Source: a virus
Lineage: Duplodnaviria; Caudoviricetes
Virus record (IMG/VR): IMGVR_UViG_3300024346_000003
DNA length: 64,000 bases
Direction: 5' to 3' (one strand)
In this document: positions 32,001 to 41,681 of the stretch, piece by piece
Layout: every line of letters starts with the position of its first letter
Position numbering within the stretch: position 1 is the first letter of the stretch
Position numbers and translations under genes: made by a program
The notes under the pieces: model-generated
What the model was told of the DNA's origin: nothing
Seen by the model: only the letters and a program-made list of their open reading frames with translations
Database searches by the model: none

Positions 32001-32215
32001 AATACAACATATTAAATGGGTTACCATACATTTATGTTAATGGTAGTTTAGATAATATTGATTTAATTTATGATAAAGTTGGTCTTGATGATAATGAAGA
32101 AGAGTTATCAAAATGGGTTAGAGTTCCAGCTAGTAAAGAAAATTTATTATTTTTCCATGGTGAAAAAGATGTTGATATAATGGAAAAAATGATTGAAAAA
32201 TTAAAAGAAATATGA
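29087..32215 (+). CDS. Multidomain glycosyltransferase: GT4-like + FkbM-like methyltransferase + GT32-like + GT-A (GT8-like)
   Basis: NIGLFTPGKNQ...ASDLFLFTSK.ELNPLVVKEAL; FIEIGTSDFD...IEP...LKVDTEGYD; IPRIIHQTYK...ADYFRY...GGVYLDIK; VYVDSDSI. Confidence 0.75.
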   Translation: MVKNNLLIITSHLSTGGAPQFTLNKIELLMLDYNVVCVEYNFLSPDFVVQRNKIINLLGDKFISLGDDKFNLLKVIEDFDPELIFIEELSETFIDSTMLPKLYDENRQYKIFETTHSSYDSKQLKKYLPDKFIFVSEYSKKMYEDLGVESTVIEYPVDKKNKSQELAIEKLNLDPNSKHVINIGLFTPGKNQGYAFELARQFEGENVTFHFIGNQAGNFQDYWKPLMETIPSNCVIWGEKDNTEDFIMASDLFLFTSKLELNPLVVKEALMYDSNILMFNLETYCGSYDNEECISFLTGDIDTDVNKMIDLLQLNEVDDGHYDFIEIGTSDFDTLIEESTNLTKGISIEPIKYYIDRLPNKRNVEKVQAAMSDEEGKIDIYYIEDNNIDAYNLPWWVRGSNSVNNPHPFTVKEIGKELYDKLVTIQEVPTITWSTLIDKYNVKSIDYLKVDTEGYDHVILNEYLNECEKNPGLLANKIKFECHNEVSNKEEITKLLKRFTGYDVEYLMSDIILRKQKIPRIIHQTYKTNELPVELSNNVEQLKKMNPTFEYRFYNDEDCVNFIKENYPEETLKLYLTINDSYGPAKADYFRYLLMYKVGGVYLDIKSTTTVPLEDTLLYTDEYLLSHWPGKDWSDELGYSLGEFQNWHIICKPEHPFLKKTIELVEDNIRNYTDGAGKEAVLRTTGPIAYSKAILSLLNDYRPLMTDSPVREYQVSEEIGLTYMNTNVHHHSLYKGYPDNEKLINDSLVKHGYVLYSNVKYFNIVSAAAKSIRAFSNLPIYVYMLDSDLKVNVENVTTIKWVCNLENDANMYESSESNFYINRNNSNIYKLLIQRPLIMKDVLTNYLDIAVYVDSDSIATPNVDNIFNLYTDFSYPFFVQGVYDYLFANGRGGAETKEDLTTTLEHPACELYSVNQKVRERYRQTGYFIASKDCIDFMDEWYWMCINPKILKNNEHYAPYNEETILNVLLWKYNILNGLPYIYVNGSLDNIDLIYDKVGLDDNEEELSKWVRVPASKENLLFFHGEKDVDIMEKMIEKLKEI

Positions 32216-33360
32216 ATTCAGAAGAAACTAGATTAAAGTATTTGAAAGAAATAAAAAACACTAAAATTAATATAATGAAACCTAAAGAACAAATGTCATT
32301 TAATTACCATTTTGTAAATAATCCTTTTTTTGAAGTTATTGGGAATGTTGATGATGAGTTTTTAGTTGAGTTTTATGATAATAATATGGTATTAGTTCAT
32401 TCAGCAACCATAAATAGTAATATGTGGACCAAGTTAAATAGAAAATATTTTACAGAATGGAATATTAAAGCTTATCGTAAAGGTGAATTAGTTTGTGATT
32501 ATACTTTAGATTTATCAGATAAACGTGTGTTTATAACAATGGAGTCATCATCATTAGGTGATACTATTGCTTGGATACCTTATGTTGAAGAATTTAGAAA
32601 AAAACATAATTGCAAAGTTATACTATCAACTTTCTGGAACAAACTATTAAAAGAATCATACCCTAATATTGAATTTGTTGAACCTGGAGTAACTGTGCAT
32701 AATTTATTCGCTATGTATTCATTAGGTTGGTTTTATGACGAGGATGCTGAACCAGTATTACCAAACACAATTCCACTGCAACAAACTGCTACAAATATTT
32801 TAGGTTTAGAATTTACTGAAATAAAACCAGATATTGATTTTAAACCAAAGGAAAATCCATACGATACAAAATATGTGACAATTGCACCAAATTCAACATC
32901 AGGTCTTAAGTATTGGAATAATAAAACTGGTTGGCAAGAAGTAATTGATTTCTTAATTGAAAATGGTTACAAAGTTATCGATGTATCCAAAGAAGGGTCA
33001 AAATATAAAGGTGTTGAAAAATTAAAAGACTGCTCAATTGAAAATACAATGAATGTTATTCACCATAGCGAGTTCTTAATCGGACTTAGCTCTGGTTTAT
33101 CATGGTTATCTTGGGCGATTGGAAAACATGTTGTTATGATTTCTAATTTTACAGTAGAAGACCATGAGTTTACAAGTAACTGTACTAGAATTGTTAATAA
33201 ATCAGTATGTAACGGTTGTTGGAATAATCCAAATTATAAATTTGATAAGGGTGATTGGAATTGGTGTCCAGAACATAAAAACACTTATAAACAATTTGAA
33301 TGCCATAAAAGAATAACTGGTGACATGGTTATTACTGAAATTAAAAAATTATTAAAATGA
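32212..33360 (+). CDS. Aah/TibC-family (GT-B) protein O-heptosyltransferase-like enzyme with iron-finger Cys motif
   Basis: SSSLGDTIAWIPYVEEFRKKH; KYWNNK.GWQEV; IGLSSGLSWLSWA; CNGCWN...WNWCPEHK...FECHK.IT. ATGA overlap with previous gene. Confidence 0.8.
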   Translation: MNSEETRLKYLKEIKNTKINIMKPKEQMSFNYHFVNNPFFEVIGNVDDEFLVEFYDNNMVLVHSATINSNMWTKLNRKYFTEWNIKAYRKGELVCDYTLDLSDKRVFITMESSSLGDTIAWIPYVEEFRKKHNCKVILSTFWNKLLKESYPNIEFVEPGVTVHNLFAMYSLGWFYDEDAEPVLPNTIPLQQTATNILGLEFTEIKPDIDFKPKENPYDTKYVTIAPNSTSGLKYWNNKTGWQEVIDFLIENGYKVIDVSKEGSKYKGVEKLKDCSIENTMNVIHHSEFLIGLSSGLSWLSWAIGKHVVMISNFTVEDHEFTSNCTRIVNKSVCNGCWNNPNYKFDKGDWNWCPEHKNTYKQFECHKRITGDMVITEIKKLLK

Positions 33361-34031
33361 ATTTAGATAACTTTGATTGGGGGTGGATGAATACATCAGA
33401 AGGTGAACACCACAAAGATTTAATAACATATGAAACTTTTGAAACTAAAATGTATGAAAGGTTTTTTGAAGTTGAGGAAAATGATATAGTTTTAGATGTT
33501 GGTGGTAGTATCGGGTCATTTACATATTCCATATTAGATAAAAAACCAAAACATGTTTATGTTATTGAACCAAGTGAATTAGAGTTTGAAACGTTAGTTA
33601 AAAATACTGTTGGGTACCCAGTAACACCAATACTTAAAGGTGTGTCTGATTATAATACGTATATTGAGAACCACCAAGTATATGGTGATGAAACACATAT
33701 GGAAGGTATTACATTTAAAAAATTAATTAAATTATATAATTTGGATAAAATTGATTTTTTAAAGACTGATTGTGAAGGTGGTGAATACTCAATATTTAAT
33801 GATGAAAATCTTGAATATATACAAAGCAATATTAAAAAGATTGTTGGTGAATGGCATTTGTTAACAGCAGAACTAAAAACTAAATTTATAAACTTTAGGG
33901 ATAATTATTTAGTTAAGTTCACAAATTACGAGGTGTACTCAATAGACGGTGTTAATATTAAATGGGATTTGTTCAACGAACACTTCATGGAATATTACAC
34001 TGAAGTAATAATATATATAGATAATAGATAA
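33357..34031 (+). CDS. FkbM-family SAM methyltransferase
   Basis: IVLDVGGSIGSF, VIEP, IDFLKTDCEGGEY, IVGEWH. Confidence 0.85.
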   Translation: MNLDNFDWGWMNTSEGEHHKDLITYETFETKMYERFFEVEENDIVLDVGGSIGSFTYSILDKKPKHVYVIEPSELEFETLVKNTVGYPVTPILKGVSDYNTYIENHQVYGDETHMEGITFKKLIKLYNLDKIDFLKTDCEGGEYSIFNDENLEYIQSNIKKIVGEWHLLTAELKTKFINFRDNYLVKFTNYEVYSIDGVNIKWDLFNEHFMEYYTEVIIYIDNR

Positions 34032-34034
34032 AAT

Positions 34035-34409
34035 ATGGAAATAGAAGTTTCAATAGGAGAGATAGTTGATAAATTATCAATCTTGGATATCAAAAGAAGA
34101 AGAATAACAAATAGTGATAAATTATTTAAAATTGAAAATGAGTATAATTACCTACATAAAATTGTATTTACTGATTTAAATATTAACACACATGATTATG
34201 AACAATTGTTAATAATAAATGAACAATTATGGGATATTGAAGATGATATTAGAATCAAAGAAAAAAATAAAGAATTTGATGAACCGTTTATCGAATTAGC
34301 TAGATTAGTTTACATAACCAATGATATTAGGTTTGAACTTAAAAAAGTTATTAACATAAAGTATGGTTCAAACTTTTCTGAAGAAAAATCATATGAACCA
34401 TATAATTAA
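34035..34409 (+). CDS. Small helical protein, DUF6165-like (GT-cluster associated)
   Basis: IEVSIGEIVDKLSIL.IK...N..LWDIEDDIR.KE....FDE.FIELAR.VY.TND.R..LK..IN. Confidence 0.65.
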   Translation: MEIEVSIGEIVDKLSILDIKRRRITNSDKLFKIENEYNYLHKIVFTDLNINTHDYEQLLIINEQLWDIEDDIRIKEKNKEFDEPFIELARLVYITNDIRFELKKVINIKYGSNFSEEKSYEPYN

Positions 34410-34898
34410 TTAAAACTTTTTATCAGTTTTCTTCTTAAAATATTTTTCCCTAAGTGCTTTTCTAGCTTGGGTGTATTCCCACGCATCTAAAGCATGTTGT
34501 TTTTGACCAAATGCAAAGTTTAATAATCTACTAAACCAAAGTCCAAATCTATTCAACTTACCTTCTTTTTGTAATTTACCAACACTTGCTGATACAGAAA
34601 TATCTCTATCAGTAAATGTTGTATTTTCTTCAGCTGTCATAAAATCTTCAAGTATTTCACCATTCACATTCCATATTAAATCTAAAGAATATGCTAACTC
34701 ATACAGTATATGACCTAAAGCAAAGAATACACCATCTATTAGTCGCCACCAGAATATAAAAAATGCATACCATTTTTTTAATGTTATTGTCAACCAAATA
34801 GAATAACCTAATGAATACGCAGTACCCATTGTTATCATTAAACAACTCACTATTGTAGCCCATATTAAAGCCCAAACTCCTTGAAAAAATTCTTTCAT
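34410..34898 (-). CDS. Hypothetical membrane protein
   Basis: Hydrophobic N-terminal half; last gene of the fibre operon. Confidence 0.6.
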   Translation of the reverse strand: MKEFFQGVWALIWATIVSCLMITMGTAYSLGYSIWLTITLKKWYAFFIFWWRLIDGVFFALGHILYELAYSLDLIWNVNGEILEDFMTAEENTTFTDRDISVSASVGKLQKEGKLNRFGLWFSRLLNFAFGQKQHALDAWEYTQARKALREKYFKKKTDKKF

Positions 34899-34909
34899 AA
34901 TTAATTTTT

Positions 34910-35659
34910 TTATTCTAATCTTAATCTATCAATAATACCATCCTTAATAGTTTGTGTTAAATATGGTTTTGTAGAATTGGTTATAGCGGTTCTTAACGGG
35001 TCAGTATACCCATCTATGAATAAATCAACTTCTGTTTTTACACCACTTAATAAATCGAATGACTGTGTCTGACCAATTTGAAATAATGTGTATGATTTAG
35101 TATCAGCAATTATATTACCCCTTCTATCTAACCCTTCTTGTATTGCCTCATCTGTTGAATAATATTTTATAATATTTTTCTCAACACCAATAGTGTCATC
35201 ACTTAAATACCATTTTATATTTAAATTTCTATTTTTAATTAAACCATTAACATCTCTAATGCAAACCATATTTTCTTCTAAAATCAATTCAGAATAGGTG
35301 ATACCATCATAATTTTTAAAATACTCAACCTTTATTAAATTACCGTATAAAATTGTTCTTTTTTTATGAAACCCTAATATATCATAATTGATATCAGAAG
35401 GGTTAATAATTGAATCAGTTATCTTATATTGTACATTAATATATTGTGGTTTTATATCTTCAGGTAATAAGTTATAAAGCTCAATTCTAACGATAGGTTT
35501 ATAATATGTAATTGTTTCATCAATTGAATTATTTACCAATTGATACATATTACCATTAAATAAATAATCTCTTATTTCATCATTTAATGGTACATATTCA
35601 ATATATAAACCATCCTCGAATAGTTCATATCTATTTAATTTTATGTCGAATAATTTCAT
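34910..35659 (-). CDS. Hypothetical protein in fibre operon
   Basis: 249-aa ORF, tightly packed. Confidence 0.6.
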   Translation of the reverse strand: MKLFDIKLNRYELFEDGLYIEYVPLNDEIRDYLFNGNMYQLVNNSIDETITYYKPIVRIELYNLLPEDIKPQYINVQYKITDSIINPSDINYDILGFHKKRTILYGNLIKVEYFKNYDGITYSELILEENMVCIRDVNGLIKNRNLNIKWYLSDDTIGVEKNIIKYYSTDEAIQEGLDRRGNIIADTKSYTLFQIGQTQSFDLLSGVKTEVDLFIDGYTDPLRTAITNSTKPYLTQTIKDGIIDRLRLE

Positions 35660-35662
35660 AGT

Positions 35663-36547
35663 TTAATAATCAGTTTCATAATATATAGATACATAATCAA
35701 GACCAACAGCTGAAGCTGTTGCATTATTAGTTCTATAATCGTTATTTGATAATAGTGCTGTATTTAAAGGTAAAGCTACACCAGCAGCTCCAGTTAACGT
35801 ACCCATAGCAACATCACCAGTATTTAATCTCTCAACCCTATAACCAACACTATTCGTTGAAGATGGACTATTAAATAAAGCTAACTCATATAAATCAGTA
35901 CTTCTTGTATTTGATGGAAATAATGCCCCTAAATTAATTGGTGTTTGGGCTGCTGAACCTCCGTAATATATTCTTAAGGTTGTATCGGCAGCACCATGAC
36001 CAACGCCAATTACGTTAGTTAATGTTGATGGTTCAACATTTACTGGTGAAGTAGCGATGTTTCTTAAACCAACAAACATTCTAGCACCAGCTACCGCAGC
36101 AGCATCAGATATACCAAATCTAACCACATAATAAAAACCACCACCAGTTAATATAGCGCCAGACCCCATTGTTAAAATTAATGAAGTAAGTCTTTGACCA
36201 GTTAATGAACCAGCGGGTGTTCCTGATAATACTTTAAGTCTTCTTGTTCTGGTGAAAAGGTTAGTAGTTGATAAAGCAACTGCTGTTGCTGTACCTGTAA
36301 TTACCATTGGACCTAAACCGAATGTAGTAGTAGCAACAGTTATCCCATTTGCAGTCCAATAACCAACTTTATTGGCAAATAATCCTGATTGAAACGAATA
36401 ATCAACTCCACTAGGACCTACTTGTCCATACATAAGTCTACCACCTCTATCTTTTAATTGTAAAAAAGCACCATCAGGAATTGGTAATGGTTGTGTCACT
36501 GTTTTAGGTGTAAATACTACACCATTGTTTATATTAAATTCTGCCAT
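35663..36547 (-). CDS. Fibre-associated beta-rich protein
   Basis: 294 aa, T/S/G/A-rich, lectin-like beta-sandwich character; follows the 1657-aa fibre. Confidence 0.45.
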   Translation of the reverse strand: MAEFNINNGVVFTPKTVTQPLPIPDGAFLQLKDRGGRLMYGQVGPSGVDYSFQSGLFANKVGYWTANGITVATTTFGLGPMVITGTATAVALSTTNLFTRTRRLKVLSGTPAGSLTGQRLTSLILTMGSGAILTGGGFYYVVRFGISDAAAVAGARMFVGLRNIATSPVNVEPSTLTNVIGVGHGAADTTLRIYYGGSAAQTPINLGALFPSNTRSTDLYELALFNSPSSTNSVGYRVERLNTGDVAMGTLTGAAGVALPLNTALLSNNDYRTNNATASAVGLDYVSIYYETDY

Positions 36548-36556
36548 ATTATTTTT

Positions 36557-39500
36557 TTATGTATGTCTAACTATTATTGAACTAAACCATGAAATTGATG
36601 TTGCAGCTTCACCAGTAACTTGTACTAGTATATCTGAACCAGATATTGACATCGATACCGCTGCTGATGAAAATGACGTATTTTGTGTTATTACCTGTGA
36701 ACCAATTTGAGTTATAACACCAGCTTTATTAATAAAACTACCAAGTATTTTACTTGTGATACCTCTATTAAAAACACTATCATATGCTAATACATTTGAT
36801 TCAATCATATATACTTTATTAGATGATAAAGTGATAGTTTCAAGTGTTGTAATTGTAGCATTACCTGTTGATGTTGAACTATTACCATTATGTGTAAAAT
36901 CGCCAAGCAATGTTAATATTGAACCATCAAATGTTAATGCTGATTCACCATTAATTGACCCAGCAACACCAGTCGCAGTTAATAGATAATTATCAACATT
37001 ATTACTTATTGTAACACCACCAGCACCACTAGTACCAGATGTACCATTAGTTCCACTTACACCAATACCACCACTAGTACCCGATGTACCAAAGAATGTA
37101 CCATCAACACCACTAGTACCCGATGTTCCAGATGTACCACTAGTTCCTGAAGTACCATATATTGCTTTTAATTTAGTAACACTTAAAACCGCATTATTAA
37201 CTAAACCACCCGAAGAAGCAACATAACGTGATGCTAATGAAACATAATCACCAGCTGATAAAATTTCTTGAGTAGTAATACCAACAGTCATTTTATCCGT
37301 ACTTGAATTTTTACCTTGAATCAAACTACCATTTAAAACGGTTAAAGCATTTTTAGTAACAGCAAATTCAAAGTCGTTTGTTGTGGTACCTTGAGCAACA
37401 TCACAATGGTAATGTATTGAGTATAATCCACTATCATAAACATAAATTCTATCAGTATTTGTGTTATCATGAGCGATAACTGCGGAATCATTTTCAACAT
37501 CTGTAACATCAAAAGGTATCAATGCTGGTGCAAGTGTTAACGTATACGATGTAGTCCTTCTAGCTTGAGCAACTACCATATCACCAGTTACCGCAAAACC
37601 AGATATTGACCCACTTGTACCACTAGTTCCAGATGTACCATTAGTCCCACTCACACCAGTACCTGATGTTCCAGATGTACCATTATCACCACTACTACCT
37701 GATGTACCCGTTGTTCCACTAGTTCCACTTGTACCTGTAGTTCCAGACGAACCATTAGCACCACTACTACCTGATGTGCCAGATGTACCACTTGTACCTG
37801 ACGAACCATTTGCACCACTACTACCACTAGTTCCAGTTGTACCAGAAGACCCATTAGCACCACTACTACCTGATGTACCACTCGTACCAGTTGACCCTGA
37901 AGTTCCAGTTGTACCTGAAGTACCTGATGAACCATTCACCCCACTACTACCACTAGTACCTGACGTTCCACTTGAACCATTATCACCACTACTACCTGAT
38001 GTACCCGTTGTTCCAGATGAACCAGAGGTTCCACTTGTTGCAGATGAACCTGATGTACCCGAACTACCGTTAGCACCACTTGAACCTGATGTACCACTTG
38101 TAGCTGAACTACCTGACGTTCCCGAAGTTCCTGTTGTACCTGACGAACCATTAGCACCAGATGAACCACTAGTCCCCGTTGTTCCACTTGAACCATTTAC
38201 ACCACTTGAACCTGATGTACCACTTGTAGCTGAACTACCTGACGTTCCCGTAGTACCAGATGTTCCTGATGTTCCACTTGAACCGTTAGCTCCACTACTA
38301 CCAGATGTTCCACTTGTAGCTGATGTACCTGAAGTACCACTCGTACCAGTTGTTCCACTAGTTCCAGAAGTTGCTGATGTTCCACTAGTTCCACTTGTAG
38401 CTGAACTACCTGATGTTCCACTTGTACCCGATGTACCGCTAGTTCCAGAGCTACCCGATGTACCAGACGTACCATCAGAACCACCACTTCTATAATATAC
38501 AGTACCATTAGTATCTGTAACCATAAATCTAGTTAAAGTGGGGTTATTAGTTAATCCAGTAACATTAATATTTGAAGTTTCTAATAAATCGACATTAACG
38601 ATATTATTATTACCCATATTTAAATTTCCAGACATAGGTCTAGCACCATCAACTAATAGATATTGTAAGTGGTCATCTGATGAAAGCCCTAATAAGTTAG
38701 CATGTAATGATGATGCATTTACCCCACCAGCTTTAAACCCAATAACTGGTCTAATATCTTCAAATTGTGTAATACCTGTTAAACCTTGTTGAATATATAT
38801 GTTTGCAATTTGAGCAACTGAATCATTAAAAAAAGTTGGAGGTGTTGGTAATAAAGCATTTTCAGCTTGAACCAATGTTGCATATTCATTTTGACCTAAT
38901 ACTAAAAAATATTTTTCATATGAACCATCACCAACAATATAAAGAGTGTGTTTTGTAAAATAATTTGTAGTTAATCCAGATAAAACACCATTATTATCAA
39001 AATCTGTATTATTAACAATAGTTGTACCTGATGTAATCCAACCACCAAGACCATCTCTACGATATTGTAAAAATGATATAGGTGAACCACCGATAGTTGT
39101 ATAAACATTAGTTGAATAATAATACTCACCAGCGGTAACATCTAAAGTAAATCCAGTAGTTCCTTCTGTGACAATAGAACCATAAGCATAAATTGGACCC
39201 AAAGCTTCCCTAAATAAATTACCATATCTATTTGAGGTGTGGTCAGCATTTAATGGACTTAAATCAATAAAAACAACACCTGTTGAATCTGTAACAACCC
39301 TACCTAAAATTATATTATTTACTGAACTTGGTCTACTACCAGAACTTGATAAAATACTATTTTCATTTATATAAATGTAATCATTTGTATTTGGTAATAA
39401 AGTAATTTGAGAATTACCCCAATCAATTCTAACTATAACACTAGGTGATAGTGTTTTAGCCAAATAACCAAAACCAATTTTTACTGTAACTGTAAATCCA

Positions 39501-41530
39501 CTATCGAGTATAATAGTACCACCTTCCATTAGACCCATCGACCCACCTTGAAATATTAAAGTTGTAAAATCTGTATGGGTTCCGTCTGCAAATGTTACAG
39601 AAGCTTTTCTTGTAATTTCTAATTCACCATCATCAATATCTAGATAAGACCAATATATGTCAGAACTGTTTGTAAATATTTTTTGGTGACTAGAACTACC
39701 ACCAAAAGTACCAAATGTGTCAATTTGTTCAACATATAAATCCCATTCCCCATTTACAATACTTACATTATCAATATCAAACATAATTGGGTCTCCCACA
39801 TTTGGATTTCTAATGCCATATGTAAAACCATCTATTGTAATTGTACTACAATATAATCCAGCACCATCTTGAACAAAGTATGCAGTACTACCTGAAACAC
39901 CATTACTTGCATTGTCACCAACAAAAACACTTAATGTTGCACCACTACCTGATACATAGTTACAATAAGTCACATTTGCTCCCGTTGGGAAGTTAAAATA
40001 GTTTTCCATATTGGCTAACGCCTCATAACCGTTGTTTCCTATAACTTTTGTTCCATAAGTATATGTACCATTATAATCAACATATTCACCATAAAACTTA
40101 GTATCTTGAGTGTTTGATTCAACCCAGATATTTGTATCGCAATCGTAAAATGATATTTTATGTGCTTGACCGAAATCACCAATATCATAAACATAAATAC
40201 CAGCATACCCAACTCCAGAACCACTAAGACTTAAAAAAGATATTTCATTATTAACTCCTAATTTCATTATATGTTGTGATGATGTTGCTGGTAATATTTG
40301 TGTTGTTTGGATATTACTACCAACAATACTTACGTATGGTGTTTGTGTTAAATCAATTTCGTTTTCTGTAAATTGACCAGGACCAACCTGAATAACATAT
40401 CTACTATTAGAAGATGTTGACCCACTAGCAATTAAATAATCAACTGCTGATTTTATAGATGTAAAATCAGCACCTTTTTTTGCTACAGTAATTATTCTAG
40501 CATCTTGACCAACCTCATAAAGTGGTGAATTTATATTTATTCTTGTTTTTAAGAAATTATCAGTACCTTGAACCTTACCAATTGCACCAGAATGTATTAT
40601 ATCAACATCCTTTGTACAGTTTTCAAAATTAAGTGAAATAGCATCAATACTTGGTGCAGAACCAACTTGCGGTGCATAAATACCCGTAGCCCATCTTTGA
40701 AAATTAACACCTGTCAATCTTAAAGATGCACCATTCTCAATCCAGAACCCAACACCAGCAGCACTACCGCTTGCCTTTGTTAATAAACAACCATTAACAA
40801 TAAACGCACAACCAGGTTGGTCAGCCTTAGCGAATACTAATCCAGCTGTTGTTGCAACACCACCATTTGTTGATGTTACGTTTCTTAATTGCATTCTACC
40901 TATACCTGAACCATCGTTTGTACAATAGAACCCTAAAGTAAATGGATAACCACCGTATTTTACATTTGAACATTGCATAATACAGTTACCACCAGAAGTA
41001 CCAACAACTTTAGCATGTGTATAGTTAGTACCAAATCTTACATTTTCAACATAAAATATAGCATTTAATTGAGGTGTTGTAGGTGATGAATAATATACAG
41101 CCGCAACACCAGTACCAGTACAACCTTGAATTTGTACGTTATTAATCATAGATTGGTCAGCACCAATAATTAATGATACATTTGGATTTATAGCTTGTAT
41201 AATTGTATTTGTTGCACTTTCACCAATAACATCAACATATGATTTCATGGTTATGGTGTTTTCATAGAATACGCCAGGACCAACTGCAACAACATAAGTA
41301 TTTGTTGACGAAGCACCAGTGATACTATCAACCGCCGCTTTAATTGAATTAAAATCTACAGTACTCCCAGAAAGACCAACGGTAACTAAATTTTTAACAT
41401 TAATTAAATCATTAATATTTCTACTTTTTACAAGACCAACATTATCAATAGCTAATACTTCATTTTCAGTTGTACCACTATTTATCGACTTAATAATTAT
41501 ACCTTTTCTGGCTACAAATTCATTTGACAT
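36557..41530 (-). CDS. Large fibre: beta-helix-like region, Gly-Thr-Ser collagen-like stalk, C1q/BclA-like domain
   Basis: Two V.KKGADF.SIK.AV(D)-type motifs (the first more divergent); about 96 G-X-Y triplets at 37607-38473; IPFD...DSGLYSI.Y...LSAGDYV.L at about 37170-37580. Confidence 0.7.
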   Translation of the reverse strand: MSNEFVARKGIIIKSINSGTTENEVLAIDNVGLVKSRNINDLINVKNLVTVGLSGSTVDFNSIKAAVDSITGASSTNTYVVAVGPGVFYENTITMKSYVDVIGESATNTIIQAINPNVSLIIGADQSMINNVQIQGCTGTGVAAVYYSSPTTPQLNAIFYVENVRFGTNYTHAKVVGTSGGNCIMQCSNVKYGGYPFTLGFYCTNDGSGIGRMQLRNVTSTNGGVATTAGLVFAKADQPGCAFIVNGCLLTKASGSAAGVGFWIENGASLRLTGVNFQRWATGIYAPQVGSAPSIDAISLNFENCTKDVDIIHSGAIGKVQGTDNFLKTRININSPLYEVGQDARIITVAKKGADFTSIKSAVDYLIASGSTSSNSRYVIQVGPGQFTENEIDLTQTPYVSIVGSNIQTTQILPATSSQHIMKLGVNNEISFLSLSGSGVGYAGIYVYDIGDFGQAHKISFYDCDTNIWVESNTQDTKFYGEYVDYNGTYTYGTKVIGNNGYEALANMENYFNFPTGANVTYCNYVSGSGATLSVFVGDNASNGVSGSTAYFVQDGAGLYCSTITIDGFTYGIRNPNVGDPIMFDIDNVSIVNGEWDLYVEQIDTFGTFGGSSSHQKIFTNSSDIYWSYLDIDDGELEITRKASVTFADGTHTDFTTLIFQGGSMGLMEGGTIILDSGFTVTVKIGFGYLAKTLSPSVIVRIDWGNSQITLLPNTNDYIYINENSILSSSGSRPSSVNNIILGRVVTDSTGVVFIDLSPLNADHTSNRYGNLFREALGPIYAYGSIVTEGTTGFTLDVTAGEYYYSTNVYTTIGGSPISFLQYRRDGLGGWITSGTTIVNNTDFDNNGVLSGLTTNYFTKHTLYIVGDGSYEKYFLVLGQNEYATLVQAENALLPTPPTFFNDSVAQIANIYIQQGLTGITQFEDIRPVIGFKAGGVNASSLHANLLGLSSDDHLQYLLVDGARPMSGNLNMGNNNIVNVDLLETSNINVTGLTNNPTLTRFMVTDTNGTVYYRSGGSDGTSGTSGSSGTSGTSGTSGTSGSSATSGTSGTSATSGTSGTTGTSGTSGTSATSGTSGSSGANGSSGTSGTSGTTGTSGSSATSGTSGSSGVNGSSGTTGTSGSSGANGSSGTTGTSGTSGSSATSGTSGSSGANGSSGTSGSSATSGTSGSSGTTGTSGSSGDNGSSGTSGTSGSSGVNGSSGTSGTTGTSGSTGTSGTSGSSGANGSSGTTGTSGSSGANGSSGTSGTSGTSGSSGANGSSGTTGTSGTSGTTGTSGSSGDNGTSGTSGTGVSGTNGTSGTSGTSGSISGFAVTGDMVVAQARRTTSYTLTLAPALIPFDVTDVENDSAVIAHDNTNTDRIYVYDSGLYSIHYHCDVAQGTTTNDFEFAVTKNALTVLNGSLIQGKNSSTDKMTVGITTQEILSAGDYVSLASRYVASSGGLVNNAVLSVTKLKAIYGTSGTSGTSGTSGTSGVDGTFFGTSGTSGGIGVSGTNGTSGTSGAGGVTISNNVDNYLLTATGVAGSINGESALTFDGSILTLLGDFTHNGNSSTSTGNATITTLETITLSSNKVYMIESNVLAYDSVFNRGITSKILGSFINKAGVITQIGSQVITQNTSFSSAAVSMSISGSDILVQVTGEAATSISWFSSIIVRHT
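37607..38473 (-). repeat. (Gly-Thr/Ser-Ser)n collagen-like repeat
   Basis: [15 protein letters not shown] triplets, about 289 aa. Confidence 0.95.
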
Positions 41531-41681
41531 AATATATACGTTTAGTATTATTTTTGGACAATAAGATATATGTTTGACTACTCACCAAGATATTAAACTA
41601 TTTCTTCACTGTCCAAAATAATCTTACTAATAAATATTAGATTATATTGAAAAATTTTATAAATTAAATGATAAAAAGATA

